A stretch of 64,000 nt of DNA from Dudresnaya verticillata (lineage: Eukaryota): contig OZ374558.1 of assembly GCA_977862235.1 (NCBI GenBank), positions 744,001 to 808,000 of the forward strand. Direction: 5' to 3'. This document shows, in pieces, positions 1-12,858 of this stretch. A program made the position numbers and the translations under genes. The notes below the pieces were generated by a model. That model saw only the letters and a list, made by a program, of their open reading frames with translations, made no database searches and was not told the origin of the DNA. How positions within the stretch are numbered: position 1 is the stretch's first letter; each line of letters opens with the position of its first letter.

Positions 1-19
1 TAACACACAAGTTGCCGAG

Positions 20-988
20 ATGCGCAAGAGGAGGAGACTGCTTTCTTCCAAGCAGCGAAAGGACTTCGAGTCGGCCAAGGAGGCTGAATCTCGAGGAGGG
101 GATCGTGCCAGTGCGAGAAGCATAGAGAAGAAGGTCACGGCCCCGAACATGGTGTGCGCCAGCAAAGCGAACCCACCTCACCCAGCTAAAGATGCTGTCC
201 GGAAACTAACCGCAGTTGCCGGTAACCAGGATGGATTAGATTCCGAGCATATCGCTGACGTCATGCAGGACAATCCGCCGAAGCTCCTGGAACGAGCTTC
301 CGACTCCATACGGCCCGTGCATTGGGATCCTAAGAGCGGTATCAAGAGCACCGGAGAAGGGGGACGTGGGAGGGAGCGCCTTCGTTTTGAACGGAAGGAA
401 ACAGTCCCGGAAGATCAGAAAAGTAAGGGTTGGTGTTCAAGGGCAGGCGAAGGAGCGTACGACAAAACCAAAGTTGAACAAGGCGATAAGGAGGTTACTG
501 AGGATGACATTGAAGTTGTCGAGGAGCCGTATAGACTTATTGAACTCGAAAAGGACGCACATGGGAGAGTTATTCGGCTACATGTTCGGGAGACGGGAGT
601 AGACCCAGAATCAGTGAACGAAGATGAAAAGCTGTGCAGACGCGACGCTCTCTGCACAATTGAATCAGATGAGGATGAGACGAACGGTCTACTCCGCCTG
701 AAGACTGTAGAAGAGATGAAACCTGGATATGAATCGAGGTTTGTTGCTGCGCAGAAAAAGAAGGCTCGGGAAATGCGGCGGACGTTTAAGAAAAACTTGG
801 CAAGCCTTTCGGAGAAGCAGAGGGAGGTTGTAAGGAACCAGCTCATGTCCCGCTCTCGACTTCCGACATTGCGAACTCCTGCAGATTGGAAAAAGTTGCA
901 AAATACAGCGGACAAAGCTAACGAGAAAGCTCGCCTAGCCGTTGAGAAACTATGGGCTCAAGACAGCGATGAAGAGGGATCTGAATAA
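20..988 (+). CDS. Hypothetical charged 322-aa protein (ORF-A), copy 1; may have an upstream exon outside the window
   Basis: Long ATG-initiated ORF with E/K/R-rich, protein-like composition and a probably helical C-terminus. No recognised domain. Confidence 0.65.
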   Translation: MRKRRRLLSSKQRKDFESAKEAESRGGDRASARSIEKKVTAPNMVCASKANPPHPAKDAVRKLTAVAGNQDGLDSEHIADVMQDNPPKLLERASDSIRPVHWDPKSGIKSTGEGGRGRERLRFERKETVPEDQKSKGWCSRAGEGAYDKTKVEQGDKEVTEDDIEVVEEPYRLIELEKDAHGRVIRLHVRETGVDPESVNEDEKLCRRDALCTIESDEDETNGLLRLKTVEEMKPGYESRFVAAQKKKAREMRRTFKKNLASLSEKQREVVRNQLMSRSRLPTLRTPADWKKLQNTADKANEKARLAVEKLWAQDSDEEGSE

Positions 989-2444
989 AAGTACGCAAAG
1001 AAGAAGTTGTTGGGGCAGACCAACAGCGAATCGGTCCGACCACCATCCCGCCTTTAGCTTCAGGTGTTTCGTCGTACATTGCGCTTGACTATGTTTCGGT
1101 TCGGGTCCCTGGGCTGAGCGTTAGTACTTTTAGAGTAGAGACAATGTGAGTAAAGAGGAAAAGGTAGAAATCGCACTAATCCCGGGTGTAACAAAAATAA
1201 GTAAGTGATACTACTGTTGAGCATAATTCTCCATTATGTTTAAGCGATACTATAATCGGAAAGGAGAACTAGCGGGTCTGTTTCGCACAAGAGTCTAACG
1301 GGCCAAGAGGAATGGCAAGACGACGGCGAATAATTGTGAAGGATTGATAGTAGTGGAATGAGGGAGGGACTTTTAGACGTATAGGGGAGGCAGCCAAGCC
1401 TTGTGGTATTCCAGATGTGAAGCTACGGCCTTTAATACATACATATCCATTCGGACGTCTTCTTGTAGAGTGATAGGCCCTGCACCTCGCTGAGCCGTCA
1501 ACAGTGTGGACGACGTCCTTTGTAAGGTATTTCTACGCTGTAATGGCCTTTGGAGCGCCACCACGCGCTGCTGGTGGCGCGGCAGCGAGCTCGCGACGAA
1601 GAGGGGTGAACTAGCGGTGAAGTGAGTGAAGGGTGGAAGAGAACACAACGCGATCGGCATCCGTTGTGATGTGGGAATCCGGACGGGAACCCGCAACACC
1701 ACCGGCCTACCTGGCTTGGCTCAGATTAGAGGCGCTGCCCAAAGTTGGCGAAACATCCTATAGAAACCCTATGAATAGACTGAGAATCTCTTCTAGAGCA
1801 TCAGTCATAGTACCAAGGTCATGAGTAGGCGGCGGCGATTAACACTGGCCATAGGGGACTGGCGATCCACGACGGATCAGGCGTTGTGTTTTCACGTGGA
1901 GCATGCGCGTCTGTGAGCGCCGCGTGGGAGTGGGCGTAGTATAGCAACAGACTATAGCATTTGCTATTGCAAGACAGAACCAAGGACGTTAACTGTATAG
2001 ACATTTAACGTAGTATTCTAGCTCGTAGACGTTAACGCTCATAGACCTTCACACTCTAAATCATCAGCCCAACAAGTACACCGCTAATGTGAATTCAAGC
2101 GATCAAACCTTGACTACTCAAATGGTAAATGCCTTCACACTCTATGACGACTTACCCATCAGATTTATCACGAAAAAGAAACACTAGAGAAGGTCCTCGA
2201 CCACGAGACGTAATGGTGCAGCCGACGATGCCTGTGTGAATCAGCCTGACAAGATATCCGCAAGACTAATATAAATATTATGGATTCCCCCTAATGACAT
2301 CGAAGAACAACCGTACCACTATCGCTTCTTCCCACTCCGCCTCTGCTTCAACCCAAAAGCCTATATCATTCTTTGCATTGAGTTTGAATCTTCCTTATAA
2401 GTTACACTTCCCCAATTTCAATCACTATTCAATCACTAGTCGCA

Positions 2445-3332
2445 ATGTCTGAAGCATCCAAGACAATCGATATTGCGACCGACCCTTCCCGTTCGAGAAG
2501 TTCTTGCAGACTGTGTAACGTGAGTTTGAGTGCAGTCCAAAGCGTTGTAAGACTTCCTAAATTGGATACGCCAATGGAGACTTCAAAGAAGGGATACCAA
2601 CAAAACAGCCGGCGTGCTTCAAAATTGTCGACAAACGCTTCACTTCAATTAGAAACCCAATCAAACAGAGTTGTCTCTGTAGTAAAGTCAGTGCCCCTTG
2701 GTACGGAGGAGTTGAAGAAGACTTCTCTAGAGATTCTCCTCCGTACAAACGAGACAAGAATAGCTTCTGGAAAATCAGGCCTGGCCTGGAATAAGGAGCT
2801 TTCTAAAGTCGCGGAAAGGTGGGCTAAGGACATGTGCAAAGGTACTACTTCACCTCTCTGTATTGGAAATCGCGATGACATGAATATTGCAAAGATGTAA
2901 GTTGTTCAAACGTTCCCTTTCCTATTCCGGCGATTGGCAAGCGTAAAACTTTTCGTTGGTTTCTAACACGCTGTTTTACTCCCAATCCATTGAGGACTAC
3001 TCTACAGCCGAATTGGACTTTCGCAGGCAGATGGGTCCTCTAAAGGCCACAGCAGCTGCAATTTACACCAGTCTGGTGAAGCTTTATCCAGAATGAACTC
3101 TTCGAAATGGAGATCTTGCGGTGTTGGTGTCTTTGGGGGCAATGAGTATGTATACATAGTTCAGATATTCAGCAAGGGTAGGGGAAATAGGACTCATGCA
3201 GAATCGGTTCGAGCACACACAAGACCAGCTACATCAGTTCGATCAAACAGTGATGAAGAGATGAAATCATCGTGTGGAACTCTGGTAAGCTCTGCAGTGT
3301 CGATGATTTTAAACGTTTGGCGACGGGATTAG
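2445..3332 (+). CDS. CAP/SCP/PR-1-domain protein, 258 aa, exons 2445-2896 and 3008-3332 (copy 1)
   Basis: CAP motifs ILLRTNETR..GL.WNKELSKVAERWAKDM, NIA and W..CGVGV....YIVQIF. Intron 2897-3007 has a GTAAGT donor, CTAAC branch point (2963-2967) and TACAG acceptor, and joins the two ORFs in frame. Confidence 0.85.
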
Positions 3333-4483
3333 AAGATTGAAATTGCGTGTTTGCCTTACGGAAAATCTTTGGGAAGGATGGCTATCGTCGAAGAAATTGT
3401 TTCGTTGAGGTGCTTCCCCCTTCCTAAACGTACAGCTCTTGCTTTCTACACATGTTGAGTAAATAGATTTTATCGCCCTTGCTTTGCAAAAATGAAGCTA
3501 CGCACTTGCCGAAAAATGGCTCTCTTCTCTGTCGATGGCGGAGAAGAACACAACTCACGACCAACCTGTTTAGCGTAATGAGCGATGCTCCACAGCTTTT
3601 CTTGAACAAAGTTGAAGTTCTCAAGGGAAGCAATAAGTCATCTTGCTCCCACTGACAGCTACAGCAACGAACCTAACAGTATTGACGAACAATGAGTAAC
3701 GGGACGAAGTTGTTGATGCCTTAACGGCAGTCTATGCCTCGCCTTCTATTGTACAGTACGCATTTAACATATTCCGATGCAGTACCCAGGGGACTTGTAT
3801 ACAGACTTCTACTGGTTTCGCATAGCTCTTTAAACTTCGCTTACGAATAAGGCTAATATACTGCAAAGGTGATTAGGTCATATATTTATGCGCACCTGGC
3901 GCTATCCGTACAAGTAATATTGAACTGTGATATTTAGAAGCTATTGCGGCGGTTTCTTGTCGGTTCGGGCGCAGCATTTCATTTCGGCGTGGAAGGAGTT
4001 GGTTGTTCCACTGCACAAGCGTCCCAAATGTTACACAACAGTCGTTGTACAAGTGTAGAATCAACGGGCCCTGGAGAAGAATCTTCGCACCACAAGCAGG
4101 TGGGGCCGAAAACAATTGACGGTCGAGGAATGGCCAGAAGGCCCTTACTTCAGTTTGATCACGGTCCGAGCTTCATAATTGCCAGGGCCTGGAAAAAACA
4201 TTACGGTCGTCAAGGTGAGTGAAGCGAAGTAAAGAAAAAGTTGTGAATTCGAAAGAGAGATAGAAGTAGGATAATCTTGAAGGGCACGAGAAGCACCACA
4301 GTGCCAAGACTTGGTGGTGGCAAGGCTCAATATCACAGAGCGTTTTTTCCGCCCTCCAAGATGCTGTAGAGTGTGATCAGAGTGCGATGTAATTATGCTG
4401 CATTAGCACATAGCCGTACGGACCGTGAGTGGCCCCAATGACACTCGTAGATCCGCAATTTTCGGGGCGGGACAGTTTCGAGC

Positions 4484-4782
4484 ATGAAATGCTTACAATT
4501 GTTGGGCGGGACATTTTTGAGAGCAAACAGGTCATCATCATCACAGTTTTATTCTTCCCACGGACTTATCCTATCCTCACTCATCGGCCAGCGTCGGCTG
4601 CTTCGCGCAAATCGTCACGTCAACCTGCTTGCTCATAAATGTACTATTCCGCATAAGGACAGAGTCTTCGCCTCAGTCTTTGGCACCCACAGCACACAAA
4701 CTTTCCCAGGCCCACTCTGCTACTCATCGAACAACACATCCAGACTTGAACACTCCGTCGCAGTAACACACAAGTTGCCGAG
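4484..4782 (+). other. Possible N-terminal exon of ORF-A with a mitochondrial presequence-like peptide (repeats at +4763 in each unit)
   Basis: MKCLQLLGGTFLRANRSSSSQF... is R/S/L-rich with no D/E before residue 59. It is out of frame with ORF-A unless spliced or frameshifted. Confidence 0.35.
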
Positions 4783-5751
4783 ATGCGCAAGAGGAGGAGA
4801 CTGCTTTCTTCCAAGCAGCGAAAGGACTTCGAGTCGGCCAAGGAGGCTGAATCTCGAGGAGGGGATCGTGCCAGTGCGAGAAGCATAGAGAAGAAGGTCA
4901 CGGCCCCGAACATGGTGTGCGCCAGCAAAGCGAACCCACCTCACCCAGCTAAAGATGCTGTCCGGAAACTAACCGCAGTTGCCGGTAACCAGGATGGATT
5001 AGATTCCGAGCATATCGCTGACGTCATGCAGGACAATCCGCCGAAGCTCCTGGAACGAGCTTCCGACTCCATACGGCCCGTGCATTGGGATCCTAAGAGC
5101 GGTATCAAGAGCACCGGAGAAGGGGGACGTGGGAGGGAGCGCCTTCGTTTTGAACGGAAGGAAACAGTCCCGGAAGATCAGAAAAGTAAGGGTTGGTGTT
5201 CAAGGGCAGGCGAAGGAGCGTACGACAAAACCAAAGTTGAACAAGGCGATAAGGAGGTTACTGAGGATGACATTGAAGTTGTCGAGGAGCCGTATAGACT
5301 TATTGAACTCGAAAAGGACGCACATGGGAGAGTTATTCGGCTACATGTTCGGGAGACGGGAGTAGACCCAGAATCAGTGAACGAAGATGAAAAGCTGTGC
5401 AGACGCGACGCTCTCTGCACAATTGAATCAGATGAGGATGAGACGAACGGTCTACTCCGCCTGAAGACTGTAGAAGAGATGAAACCTGGATATGAATCGA
5501 GGTTTGTTGCTGCGCAGAAAAAGAAGGCTCGGGAAATGCGGCGGACGTTTAAGAAAAACTTGGCAAGCCTTTCGGAGAAGCAGAGGGAGGTTGTAAGGAA
5601 CCAGCTCATGTCCCGCTCTCGACTTCCGACATTGCGAACTCCTGCAGATTGGAAAAAGTTGCAAAATACAGCGGACAAAGCTAACGAGAAAGCTCGCCTA
5701 GCCGTTGAGAAACTATGGGCTCAAGACAGCGATGAAGAGGGATCTGAATAA
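4783..5751 (+). CDS. ORF-A copy 2
   Basis: Translation identical to copy 1. Confidence 0.65.
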   Translation: MRKRRRLLSSKQRKDFESAKEAESRGGDRASARSIEKKVTAPNMVCASKANPPHPAKDAVRKLTAVAGNQDGLDSEHIADVMQDNPPKLLERASDSIRPVHWDPKSGIKSTGEGGRGRERLRFERKETVPEDQKSKGWCSRAGEGAYDKTKVEQGDKEVTEDDIEVVEEPYRLIELEKDAHGRVIRLHVRETGVDPESVNEDEKLCRRDALCTIESDEDETNGLLRLKTVEEMKPGYESRFVAAQKKKAREMRRTFKKNLASLSEKQREVVRNQLMSRSRLPTLRTPADWKKLQNTADKANEKARLAVEKLWAQDSDEEGSE

Positions 5752-7207
5752 AAGTACGCAAAGAAGAAGTTGTTGGGGCAGACCAACAGCGAATCGGTCC
5801 GACCACCATCCCGCCTTTAGCTTCAGGTGTTTCGTCGTACATTGCGCTTGACTATGTTTCGGTTCGGGTCCCTGGGCTGAGCGTTAGTACTTTTAGAGTA
5901 GAGACAATGTGAGTAAAGAGGAAAAGGTAGAAATCGCACTAATCCCGGGTGTAACAAAAATAAGTAAGTGATACTACTGTTGAGCATAATTCTCCATTAT
6001 GTTTAAGCGATACTATAATCGGAAAGGAGAACTAGCGGGTCTGTTTCGCACAAGAGTCTAACGGGCCAAGAGGAATGGCAAGACGACGGCGAATAATTGT
6101 GAAGGATTGATAGTAGTGGAATGAGGGAGGGACTTTTAGACGTATAGGGGAGGCAGCCAAGCCTTGTGGTATTCCAGATGTGAAGCTACGGCCTTTAATA
6201 CATACATATCCATTCGGACGTCTTCTTGTAGAGTGATAGGCCCTGCACCTCGCTGAGCCGTCAACAGTGTGGACGACGTCCTTTGTAAGGTATTTCTACG
6301 CTGTAATGGCCTTTGGAGCGCCACCACGCGCTGCTGGTGGCGCGGCAGCGAGCTCGCGACGAAGAGGGGTGAACTAGCGGTGAAGTGAGTGAAGGGTGGA
6401 AGAGAACACAACGCGATCGGCATCCGTTGTGATGTGGGAATCCGGACGGGAACCCGCAACACCACCGGCCTACCTGGCTTGGCTCAGATTAGAGGCGCTG
6501 CCCAAAGTTGGCGAAACATCCTATAGAAACCCTATGAATAGACTGAGAATCTCTTCTAGAGCATCAGTCATAGTACCAAGGTCATGAGTAGGCGGCGGCG
6601 ATTAACACTGGCCATAGGGGACTGGCGATCCACGACGGATCAGGCGTTGTGTTTTCACGTGGAGCATGCGCGTCTGTGAGCGCCGCGTGGGAGTGGGCGT
6701 AGTATAGCAACAGACTATAGCATTTGCTATTGCAAGACAGAACCAAGGACGTTAACTGTATAGACATTTAACGTAGTATTCTAGCTCGTAGACGTTAACG
6801 CTCATAGACCTTCACACTCTAAATCATCAGCCCAACAAGTACACCGCTAATGTGAATTCAAGCGATCAAACCTTGACTACTCAAATGGTAAATGCCTTCA
6901 CACTCTATGACGACTTACCCATCAGATTTATCACGAAAAAGAAACACTAGAGAAGGTCCTCGACCACGAGACGTAATGGTGCAGCCGACGATGCCTGTGT
7001 GAATCAGCCTGACAAGATATCCGCAAGACTAATATAAATATTATGGATTCCCCCTAATGACATCGAAGAACAACCGTACCACTATCGCTTCTTCCCACTC
7101 CGCCTCTGCTTCAACCCAAAAGCCTATATCATTCTTTGCATTGAGTTTGAATCTTCCTTATAAGTTACACTTCCCCAATTTCAATCACTATTCAATCACT
7201 AGTCGCA

Positions 7208-8095
7208 ATGTCTGAAGCATCCAAGACAATCGATATTGCGACCGACCCTTCCCGTTCGAGAAGTTCTTGCAGACTGTGTAACGTGAGTTTGAGTGCAGTC
7301 CAAAGCGTTGTAAGACTTCCTAAATTGGATACGCCAATGGAGACTTCAAAGAAGGGATACCAACAAAACAGCCGGCGTGCTTCAAAATTGTCGACAAACG
7401 CTTCACTTCAATTAGAAACCCAATCAAACAGAGTTGTCTCTGTAGTAAAGTCAGTGCCCCTTGGTACGGAGGAGTTGAAGAAGACTTCTCTAGAGATTCT
7501 CCTCCGTACAAACGAGACAAGAATAGCTTCTGGAAAATCAGGCCTGGCCTGGAATAAGGAGCTTTCTAAAGTCGCGGAAAGGTGGGCTAAGGACATGTGC
7601 AAAGGTACTACTTCACCTCTCTGTATTGGAAATCGCGATGACATGAATATTGCAAAGATGTAAGTTGTTCAAACGTTCCCTTTCCTATTCCGGCGATTGG
7701 CAAGCGTAAAACTTTTCGTTGGTTTCTAACACGCTGTTTTACTCCCAATCCATTGAGGACTACTCTACAGCCGAATTGGACTTTCGCAGGCAGATGGGTC
7801 CTCTAAAGGCCACAGCAGCTGCAATTTACACCAGTCTGGTGAAGCTTTATCCAGAATGAACTCTTCGAAATGGAGATCTTGCGGTGTTGGTGTCTTTGGG
7901 GGCAATGAGTATGTATACATAGTTCAGATATTCAGCAAGGGTAGGGGAAATAGGACTCATGCAGAATCGGTTCGAGCACACACAAGACCAGCTACATCAG
8001 TTCGATCAAACAGTGATGAAGAGATGAAATCATCGTGTGGAACTCTGGTAAGCTCTGCAGTGTCGATGATTTTAAACGTTTGGCGACGGGATTAG
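7208..8095 (+). CDS. CAP-domain protein copy 2 (intron 7660-7770)
   Basis: Copy 1 shifted by +4763. Confidence 0.85.
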
Positions 8096-9545
8096 AAGAT
8101 TGAAATTGCGTGTTTGCCTTACGGAAAATCTTTGGGAAGGATGGCTATCGTCGAAGAAATTGTTTCGTTGAGGTGCTTCCCCCTTCCTAAACGTACAGCT
8201 CTTGCTTTCTACACATGTTGAGTAAATAGATTTTATCGCCCTTGCTTTGCAAAAATGAAGCTACGCACTTGCCGAAAAATGGCTCTCTTCTCTGTCGATG
8301 GCGGAGAAGAACACAACTCACGACCAACCTGTTTAGCGTAATGAGCGATGCTCCACAGCTTTTCTTGAACAAAGTTGAAGTTCTCAAGGGAAGCAATAAG
8401 TCATCTTGCTCCCACTGACAGCTACAGCAACGAACCTAACAGTATTGACGAACAATGAGTAACGGGACGAAGTTGTTGATGCCTTAACGGCAGTCTATGC
8501 CTCGCCTTCTATTGTACAGTACGCATTTAACATATTCCGATGCAGTACCCAGGGGACTTGTATACAGACTTCTACTGGTTTCGCATAGCTCTTTAAACTT
8601 CGCTTACGAATAAGGCTAATATACTGCAAAGGTGATTAGGTCATATATTTATGCGCACCTGGCGCTATCCGTACAAGTAATATTGAACTGTGATATTTAG
8701 AAGCTATTGCGGCGGTTTCTTGTCGGTTCGGGCGCAGCATTTCATTTCGGCGTGGAAGGAGTTGGTTGTTCCACTGCACAAGCGTCCCAAATGTTACACA
8801 ACAGTCGTTGTACAAGTGTAGAATCAACGGGCCCTGGAGAAGAATCTTCGCACCACAAGCAGGTGGGGCCGAAAACAATTGACGGTCGAGGAATGGCCAG
8901 AAGGCCCTTACTTCAGTTTGATCACGGTCCGAGCTTCATAATTGCCAGGGCCTGGAAAAAACATTACGGTCGTCAAGGTGAGTGAAGCGAAGTAAAGAAA
9001 AAGTTGTGAATTCGAAAGAGAGATAGAAGTAGGATAATCTTGAAGGGCACGAGAAGCACCACAGTGCCAAGACTTGGTGGTGGCAAGGCTCAATATCACA
9101 GAGCGTTTTTTCCGCCCTCCAAGATGCTGTAGAGTGTGATCAGAGTGCGATGTAATTATGCTGCATTAGCACATAGCCGTACGGACCGTGAGTGGCCCCA
9201 ATGACACTCGTAGATCCGCAATTTTCGGGGCGGGACAGTTTCGAGCATGAAATGCTTACAATTGTTGGGCGGGACATTTTTGAGAGCAAACAGGTCATCA
9301 TCATCACAGTTTTATTCTTCCCACGGACTTATCCTATCCTCACTCATCGGCCAGCGTCGGCTGCTTCGCGCAAATCGTCACGTCAACCTGCTTGCTCATA
9401 AATGTACTATTCCGCATAAGGACAGAGTCTTCGCCTCAGTCTTTGGCACCCACAGCACACAAACTTTCCCAGGCCCACTCTGCTACTCATCGAACAACAC
9501 ATCCAGACTTGAACACTCCGTCGCAGTAACACACAAGTTGCCGAG

Positions 9546-10514
9546 ATGCGCAAGAGGAGGAGACTGCTTTCTTCCAAGCAGCGAAAGGACTTCGAGTCGG
9601 CCAAGGAGGCTGAATCTCGAGGAGGGGATCGTGCCAGTGCGAGAAGCATAGAGAAGAAGGTCACGGCCCCGAACATGGTGTGCGCCAGCAAAGCGAACCC
9701 ACCTCACCCAGCTAAAGATGCTGTCCGGAAACTAACCGCAGTTGCCGGTAACCAGGATGGATTAGATTCCGAGCATATCGCTGACGTCATGCAGGACAAT
9801 CCGCCGAAGCTCCTGGAACGAGCTTCCGACTCCATACGGCCCGTGCATTGGGATCCTAAGAGCGGTATCAAGAGCACCGGAGAAGGGGGACGTGGGAGGG
9901 AGCGCCTTCGTTTTGAACGGAAGGAAACAGTCCCGGAAGATCAGAAAAGTAAGGGTTGGTGTTCAAGGGCAGGCGAAGGAGCGTACGACAAAACCAAAGT
10001 TGAACAAGGCGATAAGGAGGTTACTGAGGATGACATTGAAGTTGTCGAGGAGCCGTATAGACTTATTGAACTCGAAAAGGACGCACATGGGAGAGTTATT
10101 CGGCTACATGTTCGGGAGACGGGAGTAGACCCAGAATCAGTGAACGAAGATGAAAAGCTGTGCAGACGCGACGCTCTCTGCACAATTGAATCAGATGAGG
10201 ATGAGACGAACGGTCTACTCCGCCTGAAGACTGTAGAAGAGATGAAACCTGGATATGAATCGAGGTTTGTTGCTGCGCAGAAAAAGAAGGCTCGGGAAAT
10301 GCGGCGGACGTTTAAGAAAAACTTGGCAAGCCTTTCGGAGAAGCAGAGGGAGGTTGTAAGGAACCAGCTCATGTCCCGCTCTCGACTTCCGACATTGCGA
10401 ACTCCTGCAGATTGGAAAAAGTTGCAAAATACAGCGGACAAAGCTAACGAGAAAGCTCGCCTAGCCGTTGAGAAACTATGGGCTCAAGACAGCGATGAAG
10501 AGGGATCTGAATAA
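9546..10514 (+). CDS. ORF-A copy 3
   Basis: Translation identical to copy 1. Confidence 0.65.
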   Translation: MRKRRRLLSSKQRKDFESAKEAESRGGDRASARSIEKKVTAPNMVCASKANPPHPAKDAVRKLTAVAGNQDGLDSEHIADVMQDNPPKLLERASDSIRPVHWDPKSGIKSTGEGGRGRERLRFERKETVPEDQKSKGWCSRAGEGAYDKTKVEQGDKEVTEDDIEVVEEPYRLIELEKDAHGRVIRLHVRETGVDPESVNEDEKLCRRDALCTIESDEDETNGLLRLKTVEEMKPGYESRFVAAQKKKAREMRRTFKKNLASLSEKQREVVRNQLMSRSRLPTLRTPADWKKLQNTADKANEKARLAVEKLWAQDSDEEGSE

Positions 10515-11970
10515 AAGTACGCAAAGAAGAAGTTGTTGGGGCAGACCAACAGCGAATCGGTCCGACCACCATCCCGCCTTTAGCTTCAGGTGTTTCGTCG
10601 TACATTGCGCTTGACTATGTTTCGGTTCGGGTCCCTGGGCTGAGCGTTAGTACTTTTAGAGTAGAGACAATGTGAGTAAAGAGGAAAAGGTAGAAATCGC
10701 ACTAATCCCGGGTGTAACAAAAATAAGTAAGTGATACTACTGTTGAGCATAATTCTCCATTATGTTTAAGCGATACTATAATCGGAAAGGAGAACTAGCG
10801 GGTCTGTTTCGCACAAGAGTCTAACGGGCCAAGAGGAATGGCAAGACGACGGCGAATAATTGTGAAGGATTGATAGTAGTGGAATGAGGGAGGGACTTTT
10901 AGACGTATAGGGGAGGCAGCCAAGCCTTGTGGTATTCCAGATGTGAAGCTACGGCCTTTAATACATACATATCCATTCGGACGTCTTCTTGTAGAGTGAT
11001 AGGCCCTGCACCTCGCTGAGCCGTCAACAGTGTGGACGACGTCCTTTGTAAGGTATTTCTACGCTGTAATGGCCTTTGGAGCGCCACCACGCGCTGCTGG
11101 TGGCGCGGCAGCGAGCTCGCGACGAAGAGGGGTGAACTAGCGGTGAAGTGAGTGAAGGGTGGAAGAGAACACAACGCGATCGGCATCCGTTGTGATGTGG
11201 GAATCCGGACGGGAACCCGCAACACCACCGGCCTACCTGGCTTGGCTCAGATTAGAGGCGCTGCCCAAAGTTGGCGAAACATCCTATAGAAACCCTATGA
11301 ATAGACTGAGAATCTCTTCTAGAGCATCAGTCATAGTACCAAGGTCATGAGTAGGCGGCGGCGATTAACACTGGCCATAGGGGACTGGCGATCCACGACG
11401 GATCAGGCGTTGTGTTTTCACGTGGAGCATGCGCGTCTGTGAGCGCCGCGTGGGAGTGGGCGTAGTATAGCAACAGACTATAGCATTTGCTATTGCAAGA
11501 CAGAACCAAGGACGTTAACTGTATAGACATTTAACGTAGTATTCTAGCTCGTAGACGTTAACGCTCATAGACCTTCACACTCTAAATCATCAGCCCAACA
11601 AGTACACCGCTAATGTGAATTCAAGCGATCAAACCTTGACTACTCAAATGGTAAATGCCTTCACACTCTATGACGACTTACCCATCAGATTTATCACGAA
11701 AAAGAAACACTAGAGAAGGTCCTCGACCACGAGACGTAATGGTGCAGCCGACGATGCCTGTGTGAATCAGCCTGACAAGATATCCGCAAGACTAATATAA
11801 ATATTATGGATTCCCCCTAATGACATCGAAGAACAACCGTACCACTATCGCTTCTTCCCACTCCGCCTCTGCTTCAACCCAAAAGCCTATATCATTCTTT
11901 GCATTGAGTTTGAATCTTCCTTATAAGTTACACTTCCCCAATTTCAATCACTATTCAATCACTAGTCGCA

Positions 11971-12858
11971 ATGTCTGAAGCATCCAAGACAATCGATATT
12001 GCGACCGACCCTTCCCGTTCGAGAAGTTCTTGCAGACTGTGTAACGTGAGTTTGAGTGCAGTCCAAAGCGTTGTAAGACTTCCTAAATTGGATACGCCAA
12101 TGGAGACTTCAAAGAAGGGATACCAACAAAACAGCCGGCGTGCTTCAAAATTGTCGACAAACGCTTCACTTCAATTAGAAACCCAATCAAACAGAGTTGT
12201 CTCTGTAGTAAAGTCAGTGCCCCTTGGTACGGAGGAGTTGAAGAAGACTTCTCTAGAGATTCTCCTCCGTACAAACGAGACAAGAATAGCTTCTGGAAAA
12301 TCAGGCCTGGCCTGGAATAAGGAGCTTTCTAAAGTCGCGGAAAGGTGGGCTAAGGACATGTGCAAAGGTACTACTTCACCTCTCTGTATTGGAAATCGCG
12401 ATGACATGAATATTGCAAAGATGTAAGTTGTTCAAACGTTCCCTTTCCTATTCCGGCGATTGGCAAGCGTAAAACTTTTCGTTGGTTTCTAACACGCTGT
12501 TTTACTCCCAATCCATTGAGGACTACTCTACAGCCGAATTGGACTTTCGCAGGCAGATGGGTCCTCTAAAGGCCACAGCAGCTGCAATTTACACCAGTCT
12601 GGTGAAGCTTTATCCAGAATGAACTCTTCGAAATGGAGATCTTGCGGTGTTGGTGTCTTTGGGGGCAATGAGTATGTATACATAGTTCAGATATTCAGCA
12701 AGGGTAGGGGAAATAGGACTCATGCAGAATCGGTTCGAGCACACACAAGACCAGCTACATCAGTTCGATCAAACAGTGATGAAGAGATGAAATCATCGTG
12801 TGGAACTCTGGTAAGCTCTGCAGTGTCGATGATTTTAAACGTTTGGCGACGGGATTAG
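11971..12858 (+). CDS. CAP-domain protein copy 3 (intron 12423-12533)
   Basis: Copy 1 shifted by +9526. Confidence 0.85.

Noticed and set aside
415..915. Antisense 166-aa ORF and the other short ORFs in the array unit
   Set aside because: They are S/F-rich shadows of ORF-A or short ORFs without motifs. Their recurrence only reflects the repeat.
1082..1121. tRNA-like GGTTCGGGTCC with flanking partial complementarity
   Set aside because: No D arm or anticodon arm can be built, and the spacing is wrong for a cloverleaf.
1555..1580. Perfect 9-bp GC hairpin GCGCCACCA/TGGTGGCGC
   Set aside because: It is isolated, has no U tract, and lacks a Helitron-type CTRR end at the expected distance. No function can be supported.
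1065..1755. TGTTTCG...CGAAACA as a solo LTR starting at the array breakpoint position
   Set aside because: The flanks (TCAGG / TCCTA) are not a TSD, and a 7-bp inverted match can arise by chance.
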